Shown here: one piece after another, positions 37,515-48,991 of the stretch | Layout: the number at the start of each line of letters is the position of its first letter | Position numbering within the stretch: position 1 is the stretch's first letter | NCBI RefSeq assembly: GCF_963506605.1 | Contig: NC_083279.1 | Location: forward strand, 100,812,001-100,876,000 | Direction of reading: 5' to 3' | DNA: 64,000 nucleotides | Origin: Zootoca vivipara | Lineage: Eukaryota | The notes under the pieces: model-generated | What the model was told of the DNA's origin: nothing | Seen by the model: the letters and a program-made list of their open reading frames with translations, nothing else | Databases searched by the model: none | Position numbers and translations under genes: made by a program

Positions 37515-37835
37515 CAGGGGTCAGCAAACTTTTTTAGCAGTGGGCCGGTCCACTGTCCCTCAGACCTTGTGGGGGGCTGGACTATATTTTGAAAAAAAAT
37601 ATGAACGAATTCCTATGCCCCACAAATAACCCAGAGATACATTTTAAATGAAGTGACACATTCTACTCATGTAAAAACACCAGGCAGGCCCCACAAATAA
37701 CCCAGAGATGCATTTTAAATAAAAGGACACATTCTACTCATGTAAAAACATGCTGATTCCCGGACCGTCCGTGGGCCAGGTTTAGAAGGCGATTGGGCCG
37801 CATCTGGCCCCCAGGCCTTAGTTTGGGGAACCCTG
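37515..37835. mobile_element. hAT-Charlie MITE (OC1-like)
   Basis: CAGGGGTCAGCAAACT...AGTTTGGGGAACCCTG; TSD TTCTAGAC/TACTAGAC; internal ~60-bp duplication. Confidence 0.8.
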
Positions 37836-38707
37836 TACTAGACCCTCAGAAATTTACACCCTTTGGGGAAGTGGGGAGAACATAACAATATAATTCTGCC
37901 TGCTTGCCTGCCTGCCTGCCTGCATACACAGCAGCGCCATCCCTTTCCATCAGTAAGAGCATTTTAAAAGCTTTCCAGTAAACGTAAAATTCCTTCAAGC
38001 TTATTTATGTGTCCCCCCCAACAACTTTTCATTTTTAATGTTTCGCTAGCTTAGTTGCTCAGCACCATCCCATCCCACACAGCCCTGTGGATCATAAAGT
38101 CTTCTGAGAGACCAAGCATTCAGTAACCCCGGTGCAAGGGGCACCAGAGAATTCTTGCAAGGAAAAAGAATGAGAGCAGAAATGGCTGGTGCTCATTTAT
38201 TTTTCAATCCAGAAAGTACAGTTAGTGATCATGCTGTTGCTTTCAGTTTGCAAACATGATGTGGCCGGCTCCTTTTCTAGAACTCTTATAATGGCAACGG
38301 TGCCCACTTGAGAGGTGCTGGAACTGAGTTCCATTGCGTTCCAGCTGGGGGGGGGAGCCCTGATTATGCGATTGATTACTTCACTCCATCTGCTTTGTGT
38401 TTCCTTTGCATTAGAATGGATGGGAGCCGAATAACACAATGACAACAGAATTTTTATATATTATGTAAATTACATAAAGCACATAATTCCACCATAGTGT
38501 ACACTGGGACAAATAACATGGTTTGGTTGGTGGAAGACGAACAGCAGTGGAATGGAAGCAGCAGACCATACAATCGTTGCAGGGCATGTTGTCTTTAGTT
38601 GGTGTCTGCACTTTGAGGTCCTGAATAGACCTGAGAAGAAGCAAAATAGATGGTATGTACCCACCTGACTCACACAACATTATTCATTGGTATTATATAT
38701 TGCTCCG

Positions 38708-38947
38708 ATACTTTGGCCACCTCATGAGAAGAGAAGAATCCTTGGAAAAGACCCTGATGTTGGGAAAGATTGAGGGCACTAGGAGAAGGGGACGACAGAG
38801 GACAAGATGGTTGGACAGTGTTCTCGAAGCTACGAACATGAGTTTGACCAAACTGCGGGAGGCAGTGCAAGACAGGAGTGCCTGGCGTGCTATGGTCCAT
38901 GGGGTCACGAAGAGTCGGACACGACTAAACGACTAAACAACAACAAC
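38708..38947 (+). mobile_element. RTE-BovB 3' fragment just downstream of the OR-6 stop
   Basis: YFGHLMRREESLEKTLMLG...; (CAA)n tail. Confidence 0.9.
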
Positions 38948-38979
38948 CGTAAGTGTAGCACTTAAGCTTGTTATTGTCC

Positions 38980-39939
38980 TTATGACTGGATGAGCTTCAC
39001 AGCACAGAGTTTCTTAAGGATACGTTGGCGGATCTGCTTCGTCTTGATACTGTACACAACTGGGTTCATCAGAGGAGGTGCCAGCAAATAGACGTAGGAC
39101 ATGAGTATGTGGACGATGTGAGGGGCATGTTCCCCAAAGCGGTGGATCAACGACAGGCCTATCATGGGCACATAGAAGAGCAGGACAGCACAGATGTGGG
39201 AGACGCAAGTGTTGAAGGCCTTGAGGCGCTCTTCTCTGGAGGCAATGCTCAGGACTGTTTTCAGGATGAAGACGTAAGAGAGGAAGATCAGGAGGGAGTC
39301 GATTCCCACTGTGAAGGCCACAACGGTCAGCCCATAGATGTGGTTGACGATGATGTCCGAGCAGGCCAGCTTCATGATTTCCAGATGCAAGCAGTAGGAG
39401 TGAGAGAGGACGTTGGTCCTGCAGTAATGGAAGCGGCGGAGAAGCAGGGGCAGAGGCACAATCAGGGAAAAGCTGCGGAATGCAAAGGCCAGCGTCATTG
39501 TCACGATCCTCTGGGTGGTCAAGATGGAGCCATATCTCAGCGGGTTGCAGATGGCCACAAAGTGGTCAAAGGCCATGGACAAGAGCACGGAAGATTCAAC
39601 GAGGGAGAGAGAGTGAATGAAGAAGAGCTGGGTGAAGCAGGCGCTGAAAGGGATCTCGCGAGCATCGAACCAAAATATGCCCAGCACTGTGGGCAACGTA
39701 GTGAGGCACAAGCCCAGGTCGGTCAGGGCCAGCATGGCGAGGAAATAATACATTGGCTGGTGCAAGCTTGAGTCTGTTCGGATCACATGGAGGATTGTGC
39801 AGTTCCCCAAGATCACCGTCATGTAGATGAAGCAGAAGGGGAGGGAGATCCAGCGATGGGCGTACTCCAGCCCAGGGAAGCCCGTCAAGAGGAATGTGGT
39901 GGGGTTGGAGGTTTTGTTCCCCAAATGGGAGATGTTCAT
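38980..39939 (-). CDS. Olfactory receptor, class I, OR51-like (OR-6), intact 319 aa, different subfamily
   Basis: LHQPMY, MAFDHFVAICNPLRY, SHSYCLH, KAFNTCVSH, PPLMNPVVYSIKT. Confidence 0.92.
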   Translation of the reverse strand: MNISHLGNKTSNPTTFLLTGFPGLEYAHRWISLPFCFIYMTVILGNCTILHVIRTDSSLHQPMYYFLAMLALTDLGLCLTTLPTVLGIFWFDAREIPFSACFTQLFFIHSLSLVESSVLLSMAFDHFVAICNPLRYGSILTTQRIVTMTLAFAFRSFSLIVPLPLLLRRFHYCRTNVLSHSYCLHLEIMKLACSDIIVNHIYGLTVVAFTVGIDSLLIFLSYVFILKTVLSIASREERLKAFNTCVSHICAVLLFYVPMIGLSLIHRFGEHAPHIVHILMSYVYLLAPPLMNPVVYSIKTKQIRQRILKKLCAVKLIQS

Positions 39940-40780
39940 TTCACAAGAGCGACCTGTTTCACCTCGGTGCTTTAAAGTCAGTGCCTAGGAGGCAAAGTAG
40001 TTTTTATTGTAGAATACTAGAGGTGGAAAGATCTTGCTAGAGGTGGTAGATATTTGCAAAACAAATAAATCACTGGCATACAAATTCACTTGGAGATGTT
40101 TTATGTTTTTAGATTGCTCTTTGCTTCTTTACATGAAATTATGGCATTTTTGTGGGCACTTTACCCCAGCATATTCATTTTCATACATATTACTTGGCGG
40201 AAAATTGTACTGAAAGATATCTGTGTTTCAGTTCACATATAATTGTACTTTACTTCTTTCTTCTTCTTTTTTAATCACTTTTTGTCACAACAAATGTAAC
40301 TGATCTGTGGAAAACACAACCTGAAGAAAGAGACAATACATGTTCTTTTGTAAGCGAGGAAAATCTTTAACAACAACAAAGACATATAATGTCAGAAAGT
40401 GTGGATTCAGTAGGTTTGCCTTTAAATGCAACCCAGAGTCAAGTTTCTCCCTCATCTTTACTTCTAGGGTGCTTGATCATTTCAGGGAATCTAGGTGAGC
40501 AGAGCAGAAGTTCAGCTCCCACCTTGTGCAGGCCTGTGAGATTGGAGGTGGTGGCATATGGAAGAAGAGAGCCAGGGAGCCTTGGGGTGGGTGGGGGGTG
40601 TCTTCTTCTGATAATCTGGAACTTATCTTGCTATTAACACAGCCCAAGGTGGCATCAACTATTTTTCTCAGTGGAATTGTATATTTATCTATTCATTTCA
40701 TTTACAGGGCCACCCACCAATAACTTTTCCCTGGGGGGCTCGCAACAAAACACAGGTGAAATATAATGGGTGGTATTCAT

Positions 40781-41128
40781 AGTAAAGGTAAAGGGACCCC
40801 TGACCATGAGGTCCTGTCGTGACCGACTCTGGGGTTGCGCCGCTCATCTCACGTTATTGGCCGAGGGAGCCGGCGTACAGCTTCTGGGTCATATGGCCAG
40901 CATGACAAAGCCGCTTCTGGCGAACCAGAGCAGCGCACGGAAACGCCGTTTACCTTCCGGCTGTAGCGGTACCTATTTTTCTACTTGCACTTTGACGTGC
41001 TTTCGAACTGCTAGGTTGGCAGGAGCAGGGACCAAGCAACGGGAGCCCACCCCATCGCAGGGATTCGAACCACTGACCTTCTGATCGGCAAGCCCTAGGC
41101 TCTGTGGTTTAACCCACAGCACCACCCT
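40781..41128 (-). mobile_element. Sauria SINE
   Basis: Conserved body; approximate TSD GTGGTATT(C/A)ATAGTA. Confidence 0.85.
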
Positions 41129-41238
41129 GTGGTATTAATAGTAGACTACTTGAAATCAAAGAACATGACTAGGCTAGACCCATTCATTTTGATGGGCATA
41201 CACTGAGTAAACCTTAACTGAACACCACCCAAAGTATT

Positions 41239-42220
41239 CAGGTAGGTAGCCGTGTTGGTCTGACGTAGTCGAAATAAAAATGAATAAATAAAATAAATAG
41301 CCCAGTGGCACCTTAGAGACCAACTCAGTTTGTTCTTGGTATAAGCTTTCGTGTGCATGCTCACTTCTTCAGAAGTGTATCTGAAGTATCTGAAGAAGTG
41401 TGCCTGCACACCAAAGCTCATACCAAGAACAAACTTGTTGTTGTTGTTTAGTCGTTTAGTCGTGTCCGACTCTTCGTGACCCCATGGACCAGAGCACGCC
41501 AGGCACTCCTGTCTTGCACTGCCTCCCGCAGTTTGGTCAAACTCATGTTTGTAGCTTCGAGAACACTGTCCAACCATCTCGTCCTCTCTCGTCCCCTTCT
41601 CCTTGTGCCCTCAATCTTTCCCAACATCCAGGGAGTCTTCTCTTCTCATGAGGTGGCCAAAGTATTGGAGCCTCAGCTTCACGATCTGTCCTTCCAGTGA
41701 GCACTCAGGGCTGATTTCCTTCAGAATGGATAGGTTTGATCTTCTTGCAGTCCATGGGACTCTCAAGAGTCTCCTCCAGCACCATAATTCAAAAGCATCA
41801 ATTCTTCGGCGATCAGCATTCTTTATGGTCCAGCTCTCACTTCCATACATCACTACTGGGAAAACCATAGCTTTAACTATACGGACCTTTGTCGGCAAGG
41901 TGATGTCTCTGCTTTTTAAGAAGCTGTCTAGGTTTGTCATTGCTTTTCTCCCAAGAAGCAGGCGTCTTTTAATTTCGTGACTGCTGTCACCATCTGCAGT
42001 GATCAAGGAGCCCAAGAAAGTAAAATCTCTCACTGCCTCCATTTCTTCCCCTTCTATTTGCCAGGAGGTGATGGGACCAGTGGCCATGATCTTGGTTTTG
42101 CGCTCTCCTCTTTCACCCTCATTAAAAGGTTCTTTAATTCCTCCAACTAAGAACAAACTTAGTTGGTCTCTAAGGTGCCACTGGGCTATTTATTTTATTT
42201 ATTTATTTATTATTTCGACC
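41239..42220. mobile_element. Palindromic Penelope/Neptune-derived element with two opposed hammerhead motifs, split by BovB
   Basis: Left arm 41239-41372; right arm 41386-41436 + 42161-42220 is its reverse complement; CTGAAGA..(G/C)AAAGCT cores. Confidence 0.8.
41437..42148 (-). mobile_element. 5'-truncated RTE-BovB
   Basis: ORF peptide (EIKRRLLLGRKAMTNLD...YGSESWT), (CAA)n tail, 12-bp TSD AAGAACAAACTT (41425-41436; 42149-42160). Confidence 0.92.
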
Positions 42221-42655
42221 ACCCAAAGTATAATGACTAAAATCAGCAATAAATCACAGAAGACAGCAAAGCATTCCACCTTCCTTACAATCAGATGCAG
42301 CTTACCAAGGTCTGGTGATAAAGGGAGAAGCTGGCACAGATTCTCTCCTGGACAGAGCGCTGGGAGTGAGAGTGAGGTTGTGGGTCTCCTTTGTGTAGAA
42401 GCCTCCTTTGTAGAACCTGCAAGGAATCCCTTTGAGACAACACAGCTGGACTTGAGGAAGGGCAAGGCTCCTGGTGCCGATGTACAAGGACTTAGGGAAT
42501 ATTGTTGCTTAAGTTTCCAGAACAAAAAGCACAGTAGGTGTTGCAAGTATCGAAAGGAAAACACAACTGTGTTCTGTTCCCAAACAAACCCCACTGAGAC
42601 CTGGGTTCAAGTCCCTCTGTCAGGGATTCAGCATGTGGCCTTGGGCAGATCTAAC

Positions 42656-42834
42656 TAGTGCTTTTTTCTAATTTTTTAAAAAAGTTTAGGGGTACTCTCA
42701 TTTTGACACAAGAAAATCACCATTTTATAGTTTAAATCAGGAAAAATAAAAACAGTAAATGGACAAAAGTACAAAGATTCACAAAATGTTTAGGGGTATG
42801 CGTACCCCTGCGTACCCCCCAGAAAAAAGCACTG
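42656..42834. mobile_element. hAT MITE
   Basis: TIR (C/T)AGTGCTTTTTTCT; TSD GATCTAAC. Confidence 0.85.
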
Positions 42835-43100
42835 GATCTAACCATCATCTTTTTTCTTTTACAAACATTTTATTGGTTTTGAATGAATCATAGAATCATA
42901 GAGTTGAAAGGGACCCCAAGGGACATCTAGTCCAACCCCTGCAATGCAAGAAACTCAGCTAAAGCATTCTTGACAGAATGAACCACGCACATCACGAATA
43001 CAATAACAACAGTTATGTAGAAGTGTCCATGTACTGTTTGAGTAGGAACCAAGATGGGTGACCAGTGGAATGAATAAATGTTTATTCCCAGCATCTAGTG

Positions 43101-43236
43101 CAGGCATCCCCAAACTTTGGCCCTCCAGATGTTTTGGACTACAATTCCCATCTTCCCCAACCACTGGTCCTGTTAGCTAGGGATCATGGGAGTTGTAGGC
43201 CAAAACATCTGGAGGGCCGCAGTTTGGGGATGCCTG
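43101..43236. mobile_element. hAT-Charlie MITE
   Basis: TIR CAGGCATCCCCAAACT; TSD ATCTAGTG. Confidence 0.9.
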
Positions 43237-43320
43237 ATCTAGTGCTTAAACCAAAGGGAAACACTATCTCCATATTGATGCAGTGGGAAGGGGGTGGGGT
43301 GGGGAAACTGCCTGTCCAAA

Positions 43321-43622
43321 GGAGGAGGAGGAGGAGGAGGAGGAGGAGGAGGAGGAGGAGGAGGAGGAGGAGGAGGAGGAGGAGTTTAGATTTGATATCC
43401 CGCTTTATCACTACCCTAAGGAGTCTCAAAGCGGCTAACAATCTCCTTTCCCTTCCTCGCCCACAACAAACACTCTGTGAGGTGAGTGAGGCTGAGAGAC
43501 TTCAGAGAAGTGTGACTAGCCCAAGGTCACCCAGCAGCTGCATGTGGAGGAGTGGGGAAGTGAACCCGGTTCACCAGATTACGGGTCCACCACTCTTAAC
43601 CACTATGTACACCACGCTGGCT
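43321..43622 (-). mobile_element. tRNA-derived SINE with (TCC)n tail
   Basis: Minus-strand A/B-box-like head, MIR/CORE-like body, (GGA)~21 microsatellite tail. Confidence 0.65.
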
Positions 43623-43751
43623 GGGGTTGTTTCATTACCCCCATAACAACTCTGTTGTGTTGTGTCAAATGTCCATACAGGTTTATATGCCATCTTTGAT
43701 CAATCCAGCCTGCAGTTGTTGGTCCACCCTGAAGTTCCAAATGCTTAATGG

Positions 43752-44180
43752 AATCATAGAATCATAGAGTTGGAAGGAGACCCCAAGGGTCACCCAGCCC
43801 AACCTCCTGAATTGTTGGAATCGCCGCTGAACAATCCCTGAAGGATGGTCCTCCAATCTCTGTTTTAAAACCTCTAACGAAGAAGATTCCACTACCTTCT
43901 GAAGGAGTCTGTTCCCCCATCAAACTGCTCTTACTGTCAGAAAGTTCTTCCAGATGTCTAGTTGGAATCTTCTTTCATGCCATTTGAATCCAACCCTCTG
44001 GAGCAGCAGGAAATAAACTTGCTCCATCTTCCATGTGACAGCCGTTCAGATAGTTGAAGATGGCTATCATATCCTCTTTTCCAGGTTAAATTTACCAAAT
44101 TGCCTCAACCATTCCTTATAAGGCTTGATTTCCAGTTCCTTGGTCATCTTTGTTGCTCTCCTGGTATATACATTCCAGAG
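43752..44180 (-). mobile_element. Older CR1 3' fragment
   Basis: AATCATAG repeats; ESSSLEVLKQRL peptide. Confidence 0.8.
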
Positions 44181-44937
44181 TTAGACAAAAAAGATTCATA
44201 CACTTTCTGATCATGAAGTCCCTCCTGCTTCCATAAAAGATTGCCTATACATGATCATACCTGAGCTATCTGGAGTCAGTTATACTGAGGACCCCTCAAC
44301 TGGATTCACAAAGGTTATTAGATGGGTCAGCATCACTCAATAAGGTCCAGAACAAAGAACAACCCCATGGATGTCCACCCCTTGTACTGGAGGTATTTGT
44401 TTTGATCACGAAAACCCAGAAATGGAATTAGTGGCGATTTCTGAGGACCTACAGTATTCCTCCATCTCTTCCATGTTTCTAAGGTTGCACACAGAAATGA
44501 CATATTTATATTGTTCTGTATGTAATACTGTAATAGACTGCTTTAACAAATGATGGTCAAGTTTCTTTCCTAAATTTAATCACTGATTTTATCATATCTA
44601 TGGCCTAATAAAATCTGGAACTTTTGATGCCATGTTACTCTGGGTTTCCAGTCCTGAAGAAGCAGGGATTTATTCAGAGGTGGTGACCCTTTTTCAGCCT
44701 CAGGACCACGTTTTCTTATCAAAAGCTTTCTGGGAGCCACATCCCAGAGGTCAGTGTGGCAAAATGGGTGTGGTCAGACATGTGCCCCTCTTCACCCAGG
44801 CAGCCAAGAACAATTACCATAGTTCCAAGACAGGTGGCAGCTGGATAAAATCACTTGGGGAGAGTGCAGAATGGGGCCAACGAGGGATGTGGCCTGGGCA
44901 GGGTCCTGAGGGCAAGACAGAGCTGCCAGGAGGCCTG

Positions 44938-45167
44938 TACAGTGGTACCTTTGGTTACGAATGCTTCAGGTTACGAACTCCGCTAACCCAGAAGTAGCTG
45001 CTTCTGGTTGTGAACTTTGCCCCAGAATGTGAGCGGAAATTGTGCACCGGAGGCACGTGCGCAGTGGGAGGCCCCGTTAGCGAAAGCGCGCCTGAGCATA
45101 AGAATGGTTACAGCTTAAGAACAGACCTCCAGAATGAATTAAGTTCGTAACCAGAGGTACCACTGTA
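44938..45167. mobile_element. Tc1/mariner (Tigger-like) MITE
   Basis: TA-CAGTGGTACCT...AGGTACCACTG-TA. Confidence 0.85.
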
Positions 45168-46109
45168 TTCAGTTTTCAGGTATGAGGTTCGGGGGGAGGG
45201 ATTCTCCTTGTGGAGCTTCACACCAAATCCCCAATCAGTAGGACTTAATTCAGTTATGCATTACTGGACAGAGCCCAAAGAGTCTGTGAGACCATTTCTA
45301 TTAGGACACAAAGTATACAGCATAGGCAAAATATGCATAATCTTAGCTGTCCATCCTTTACCCAACCACTTTCTGCTACCTCTGCACTTCACCATCTCTC
45401 AAAAATCCATAGTTCGTGAAAAACCCAACCCATTTGATTTTAGTATACTGTATGTGTCAGAACCCTCCTTGTACCTTATCTGGAGTTGTTTTCTCTTTAA
45501 CAATCAGCCATTAATTTCCCCTTTAACTGGTTTTTACTAGTCTTGTGGTCAGTTTCCATTCTTGTGTATGTTACCCTGACCTCACTTAATAATGAGCCTA
45601 ACCAGGGTCTTTTCTTCAGTCAAAACTTGCTGGAACTCAGTTCTGGCCCCTCTTGGGTTGGTGCCATTGCCATCCTAAGAAAACGAGGGAGGTGTTCTGA
45701 AACTCCCTTTTCTAGCAAAATAGCACTGGACCTAACAGTTGCCCTACCTCAGCTCCCCATTCTACAAAAAATAAAAATCTGACATTTTATATGCATCCAT
45801 TCATACAGGTATCACATTGTTTTATTCTCTGGCTGCCAACCCACCTATCTGGTATTCCTGCCCTGCCCATTACAGGATTCTCTGTGATTTCCCTCTAACT
45901 GTGAAGCTGTTGTCTCTTTCAAGCTACCTTCTGTTCCACTATTCTAGAGTTTGCTGGATATGTAGAATGATAAAGAATCCTCAGCCTGGAGGTGGGATTT
46001 GGGTCACCTCTCCACAGCTCCCCTGACTCTGTAACCTTGGAAGAGATGCTTCAGGTCTGGGCAGTTTGGATGCCATGGGAATTGGGGTGGAACAAGGCTC
46101 TTTCTACAG

Positions 46110-46312
46110 TGAAACAACCCCCTGAGATGTCCACCCTAGTGTCTCCACAGAAACACTATAAATGCTGCTTTCTGGTCAGCCAAGTGGAGTCAGAGCTGAG
46201 AGATGCTCCTCCATCCACGATGCAGCTGCCAGTAGACCTTTGACTCTGTGGCTCAGCAGAGCACACCTTGCTGTGTTAATCTGTCAGAACAAAAGGTCCT
46301 ATCAAGGTGAGT
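46110..46312 (+). promoter_or_regulatory. Putative promoter and non-coding exon 1 of OR-7
   Basis: O/E-like CCCCTGAGA ~46119, TATAAAT 46157-46163, donor AAG|GTGAGT at 46306/7, acceptor at 46940. Confidence 0.55.
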
Positions 46313-46980
46313 GGAAAGGAGGGGGAGTCATAGAATCATAGAATTGTAGAGTTGGAAGAGAGCACAAAGTGCTTCTAGTCCAATTCCCCACAATGAGGGA
46401 CTTTTTTTGCCCAACATGGGGCCTGACCCTGAGATGAAGAGGCTGAGATGGGGAGGGAGGGGCGGTTGCTGGGAGCATTTTTTGAAGGGGGAGGAGAGCA
46501 AGTCACCTCTCCTTCCAAGGAAGCTTTGGGTGGGTGGTGGTGGAGGAATCAGGTTCCCCGCAGAGAAAGGCTGGTTTTGATGAAGGATACATTAGTGGGA
46601 AATGTGGAGGGGGGTGGGACACAACAGAAGAATATAGGACCATGTACAGGATGAGGAAAGTGGAGAGCCGCCACCCCCACCAGTTTTGTCAGACTAAATT
46701 GGCCCAATGAATTGATGGGTGGCAGGAGAGGAGCAGACAGGGAAGTTCCTCATCCGGCAGCGTGCAGACTGCTTTTTTCATTTTCTTTGTTCGGATGCAG
46801 GGACCTACACTCTGGCCAAATCCCCTCCACACAAACACACAATTGTTTTCTTAACATGTAACAGGATTGCTAGGCAAGGGTCTATATGTCCGTGAGGAAC
46901 CATGGAGAAAAATGCTAGCCTGTTTTCTTCTTCTTGGCAGGGTCGCAGTGACTTGCACTCTGGCCAGGTCCAGGAGGAGA

Positions 46981-47943
46981 ATGCCTCTTCCGAATGCCAC
47001 CCACTTTTATTCCCCTACTTTCATCCTGCTGGGGGTCCCGGGGCTGGAGGCGCTCCACTCCTGGATCTCCATCCCCTTCTGTCTCGGCTACCTCGTTGCT
47101 CTCACGGGCAACTGCACCATCCTCTTCATCGTGAAGACAGAGCCAACCCTCCACCAGCCCATGTTCTACTTCCTCTCCGTCCTTTCGGCCATCGACCTGG
47201 GCCTCTCCACCTCCACTCTGCCCAAGATGCTGGCCATCTTCTGGTTTGGCCTTGGGGAGATCAGCCATGGGGCCTGCCTGGCTCAGATGTTCTTCATCCA
47301 CAGCTTCACGGGGATGGAGTCTGTCGTGCTGCTAGCCATGGCCTTTGACAGGTACGTGGCCATCTGTGACCCTCTGAGATACACCACTATCTTGACCAAG
47401 GCCAGGGTAGCCTGGATGTGTGCTTCTGTTGTGCTGAGGACATTCCTACTTGTGCTGCCCATTGCCCTGTTGACTCTCCGCCTGCCCTTTTGCAGCGATC
47501 ACATCATCGTTGCCCACACCTACTGCGAGCACATGGGCATTGCCAAGCTGGCCTGTGCCGACATCCGGATCAATATGATCTATGGCTTGTTCACTATTAC
47601 CTTCCTCATGCTTGATGTGGTCTTCATTCTTTTGTCCTACGTGCTGATCTTGCAGTCTGTTTTCCGGCTCCCCTCCAAAGAGGCCCGGCTCAAATCCCTG
47701 GGCACTTGCGGTTCCCATGTGGCCGTGATTTGTGTCTTCTACACTCCTGCCTTCTTCTCCTTCCTCACCCACCGCTTTGGGCGCAACATCCCCCATTATG
47801 CGCATATCCTCATTGCCAACCTCTATGTCATTTTGCCCCCGGTGCTCAACCCCGTCATTTACGGCATCCGGACTCGGGAGCTGCGCAGCAGGATCCTGAA
47901 GTTCTTGTTCTCCAAAAGGGGGCCTTTGTCCAATGTCTCCTGA
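46981..47943 (+). CDS. Olfactory receptor, class I, OR52-like (OR-7), intact 320 aa
   Basis: MPLPNAT.., [54 protein letters not shown] (OR52 signature); acceptor 41 nt upstream of ATG. Confidence 0.95.
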   Translation: MPLPNATHFYSPTFILLGVPGLEALHSWISIPFCLGYLVALTGNCTILFIVKTEPTLHQPMFYFLSVLSAIDLGLSTSTLPKMLAIFWFGLGEISHGACLAQMFFIHSFTGMESVVLLAMAFDRYVAICDPLRYTTILTKARVAWMCASVVLRTFLLVLPIALLTLRLPFCSDHIIVAHTYCEHMGIAKLACADIRINMIYGLFTITFLMLDVVFILLSYVLILQSVFRLPSKEARLKSLGTCGSHVAVICVFYTPAFFSFLTHRFGRNIPHYAHILIANLYVILPPVLNPVIYGIRTRELRSRILKFLFSKRGPLSNVS

Positions 47944-48470
47944 TTATCCTGCCTTGCAGGGGGTTGCATTAGTTGACCCCCAGGGTCCCTCCCCACTCGA
48001 TGATTCTATTTTGCATTCCTACAATCTGCTGAATGGGAATTATAACATATAACATGCTCTACGTAATCAGAATGTTTTGTAAGGCTGAGAGAGAAACCTG
48101 AGAAAGGTGTTGCTGCCAGTCAGTGTAGGCCATCCTGAGGTAGATGGATCCACAGTCTGATTCAGAGCTCTGCAGTTCTTTGCTCCTGGCAAGCTGGACT
48201 CTGGCCCAATTCACTGCAGCGCAATTTGGGGCATTGGATCAGGAGGGGCAAGAATTTTTCAACAATGTGCACCAGAGTTGTTGTTGTTGTTGTCGTCGTC
48301 GTCGTCATCCTGCCTTTCTCTATGACAGGGCACAGAAATGGCTCCTCTTTCTTGAATTGCCCCACAGACCTCATGGGACACCAAAGAAGATTGTTTTGCA
48401 TTTCCTTATTTGCAGGAGGGCTGTTGCTAAAGCACATAACATGCCCTTCACACTTAGTTATGTACAGTAT

Positions 48471-48605
48471 NNNNNNNNNNNNNNNNNNNNNNNNNNNNNN
48501 NNNNNNNNNNNNNNNNNNNNNNNNNNNNNNNNNNNNNNNNNNNNNNNNNNNNNNNNNNNNNNNNNNNNNNNNNNNNNNNNNNNNNNNNNNNNNNNNNNNN
48601 NNNNN
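48471..48605. other. Assembly gap
   Basis: N run. Confidence 1.
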
Positions 48606-48991
48606 TTGGGCAGTGAGACTCCAGGGGTCCCAGTCCATATTTTTTTATTTACTCACATATTCAACCAGAGTGTAGGATGGAGGATGGAGGATGGAGGATC
48701 TCGCAGCATCAACACCCAAACAGATCTGGCTTCTGCATCTGTCATAGCTTTGGTTCCAGCACAGAGCAAGCCGGTCTCTGGGTTTCCCACAACTCTCTCT
48801 GGCTCTTGTTCTCCTACCTAGCAGCCTGGTGAGAGGGGGGGGGAGGATAGCCCCTTTAGCCTGGGTTGCCCCTTCCCTTTGCTGCAGCTCTTGCAACCCA
48901 ACTCATTCTTTGGTGATGCTGAGGAGAAAACTCAAGTGGCCAGTGAAGGCCCTTGTCTTGCCAAGAAACTTGTAAAGAGATATTTACATTT

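Noticed and set aside
39025-39771. 248-aa ORF antisense to OR-6 (and similar ORFs opposite other ORs)
   Set aside because: Shadow ORFs from GC3-rich codon usage on the sense strand.
43098-43646. 182-aa ORF with poly-Arg (also poly-Tyr/Leu ORFs at 11358 and 12584, and ORFs spanning N gaps)
   Set aside because: Microsatellite tails, TE sequence or assembly gaps.
46867-46980. 38-aa N-terminal extension of OR-7 in the ORF track
   Set aside because: Starts at a non-ATG codon and crosses a splice acceptor at 46940; ATG 46981 gives a normal OR N-terminus with an NAT glycosylation site.
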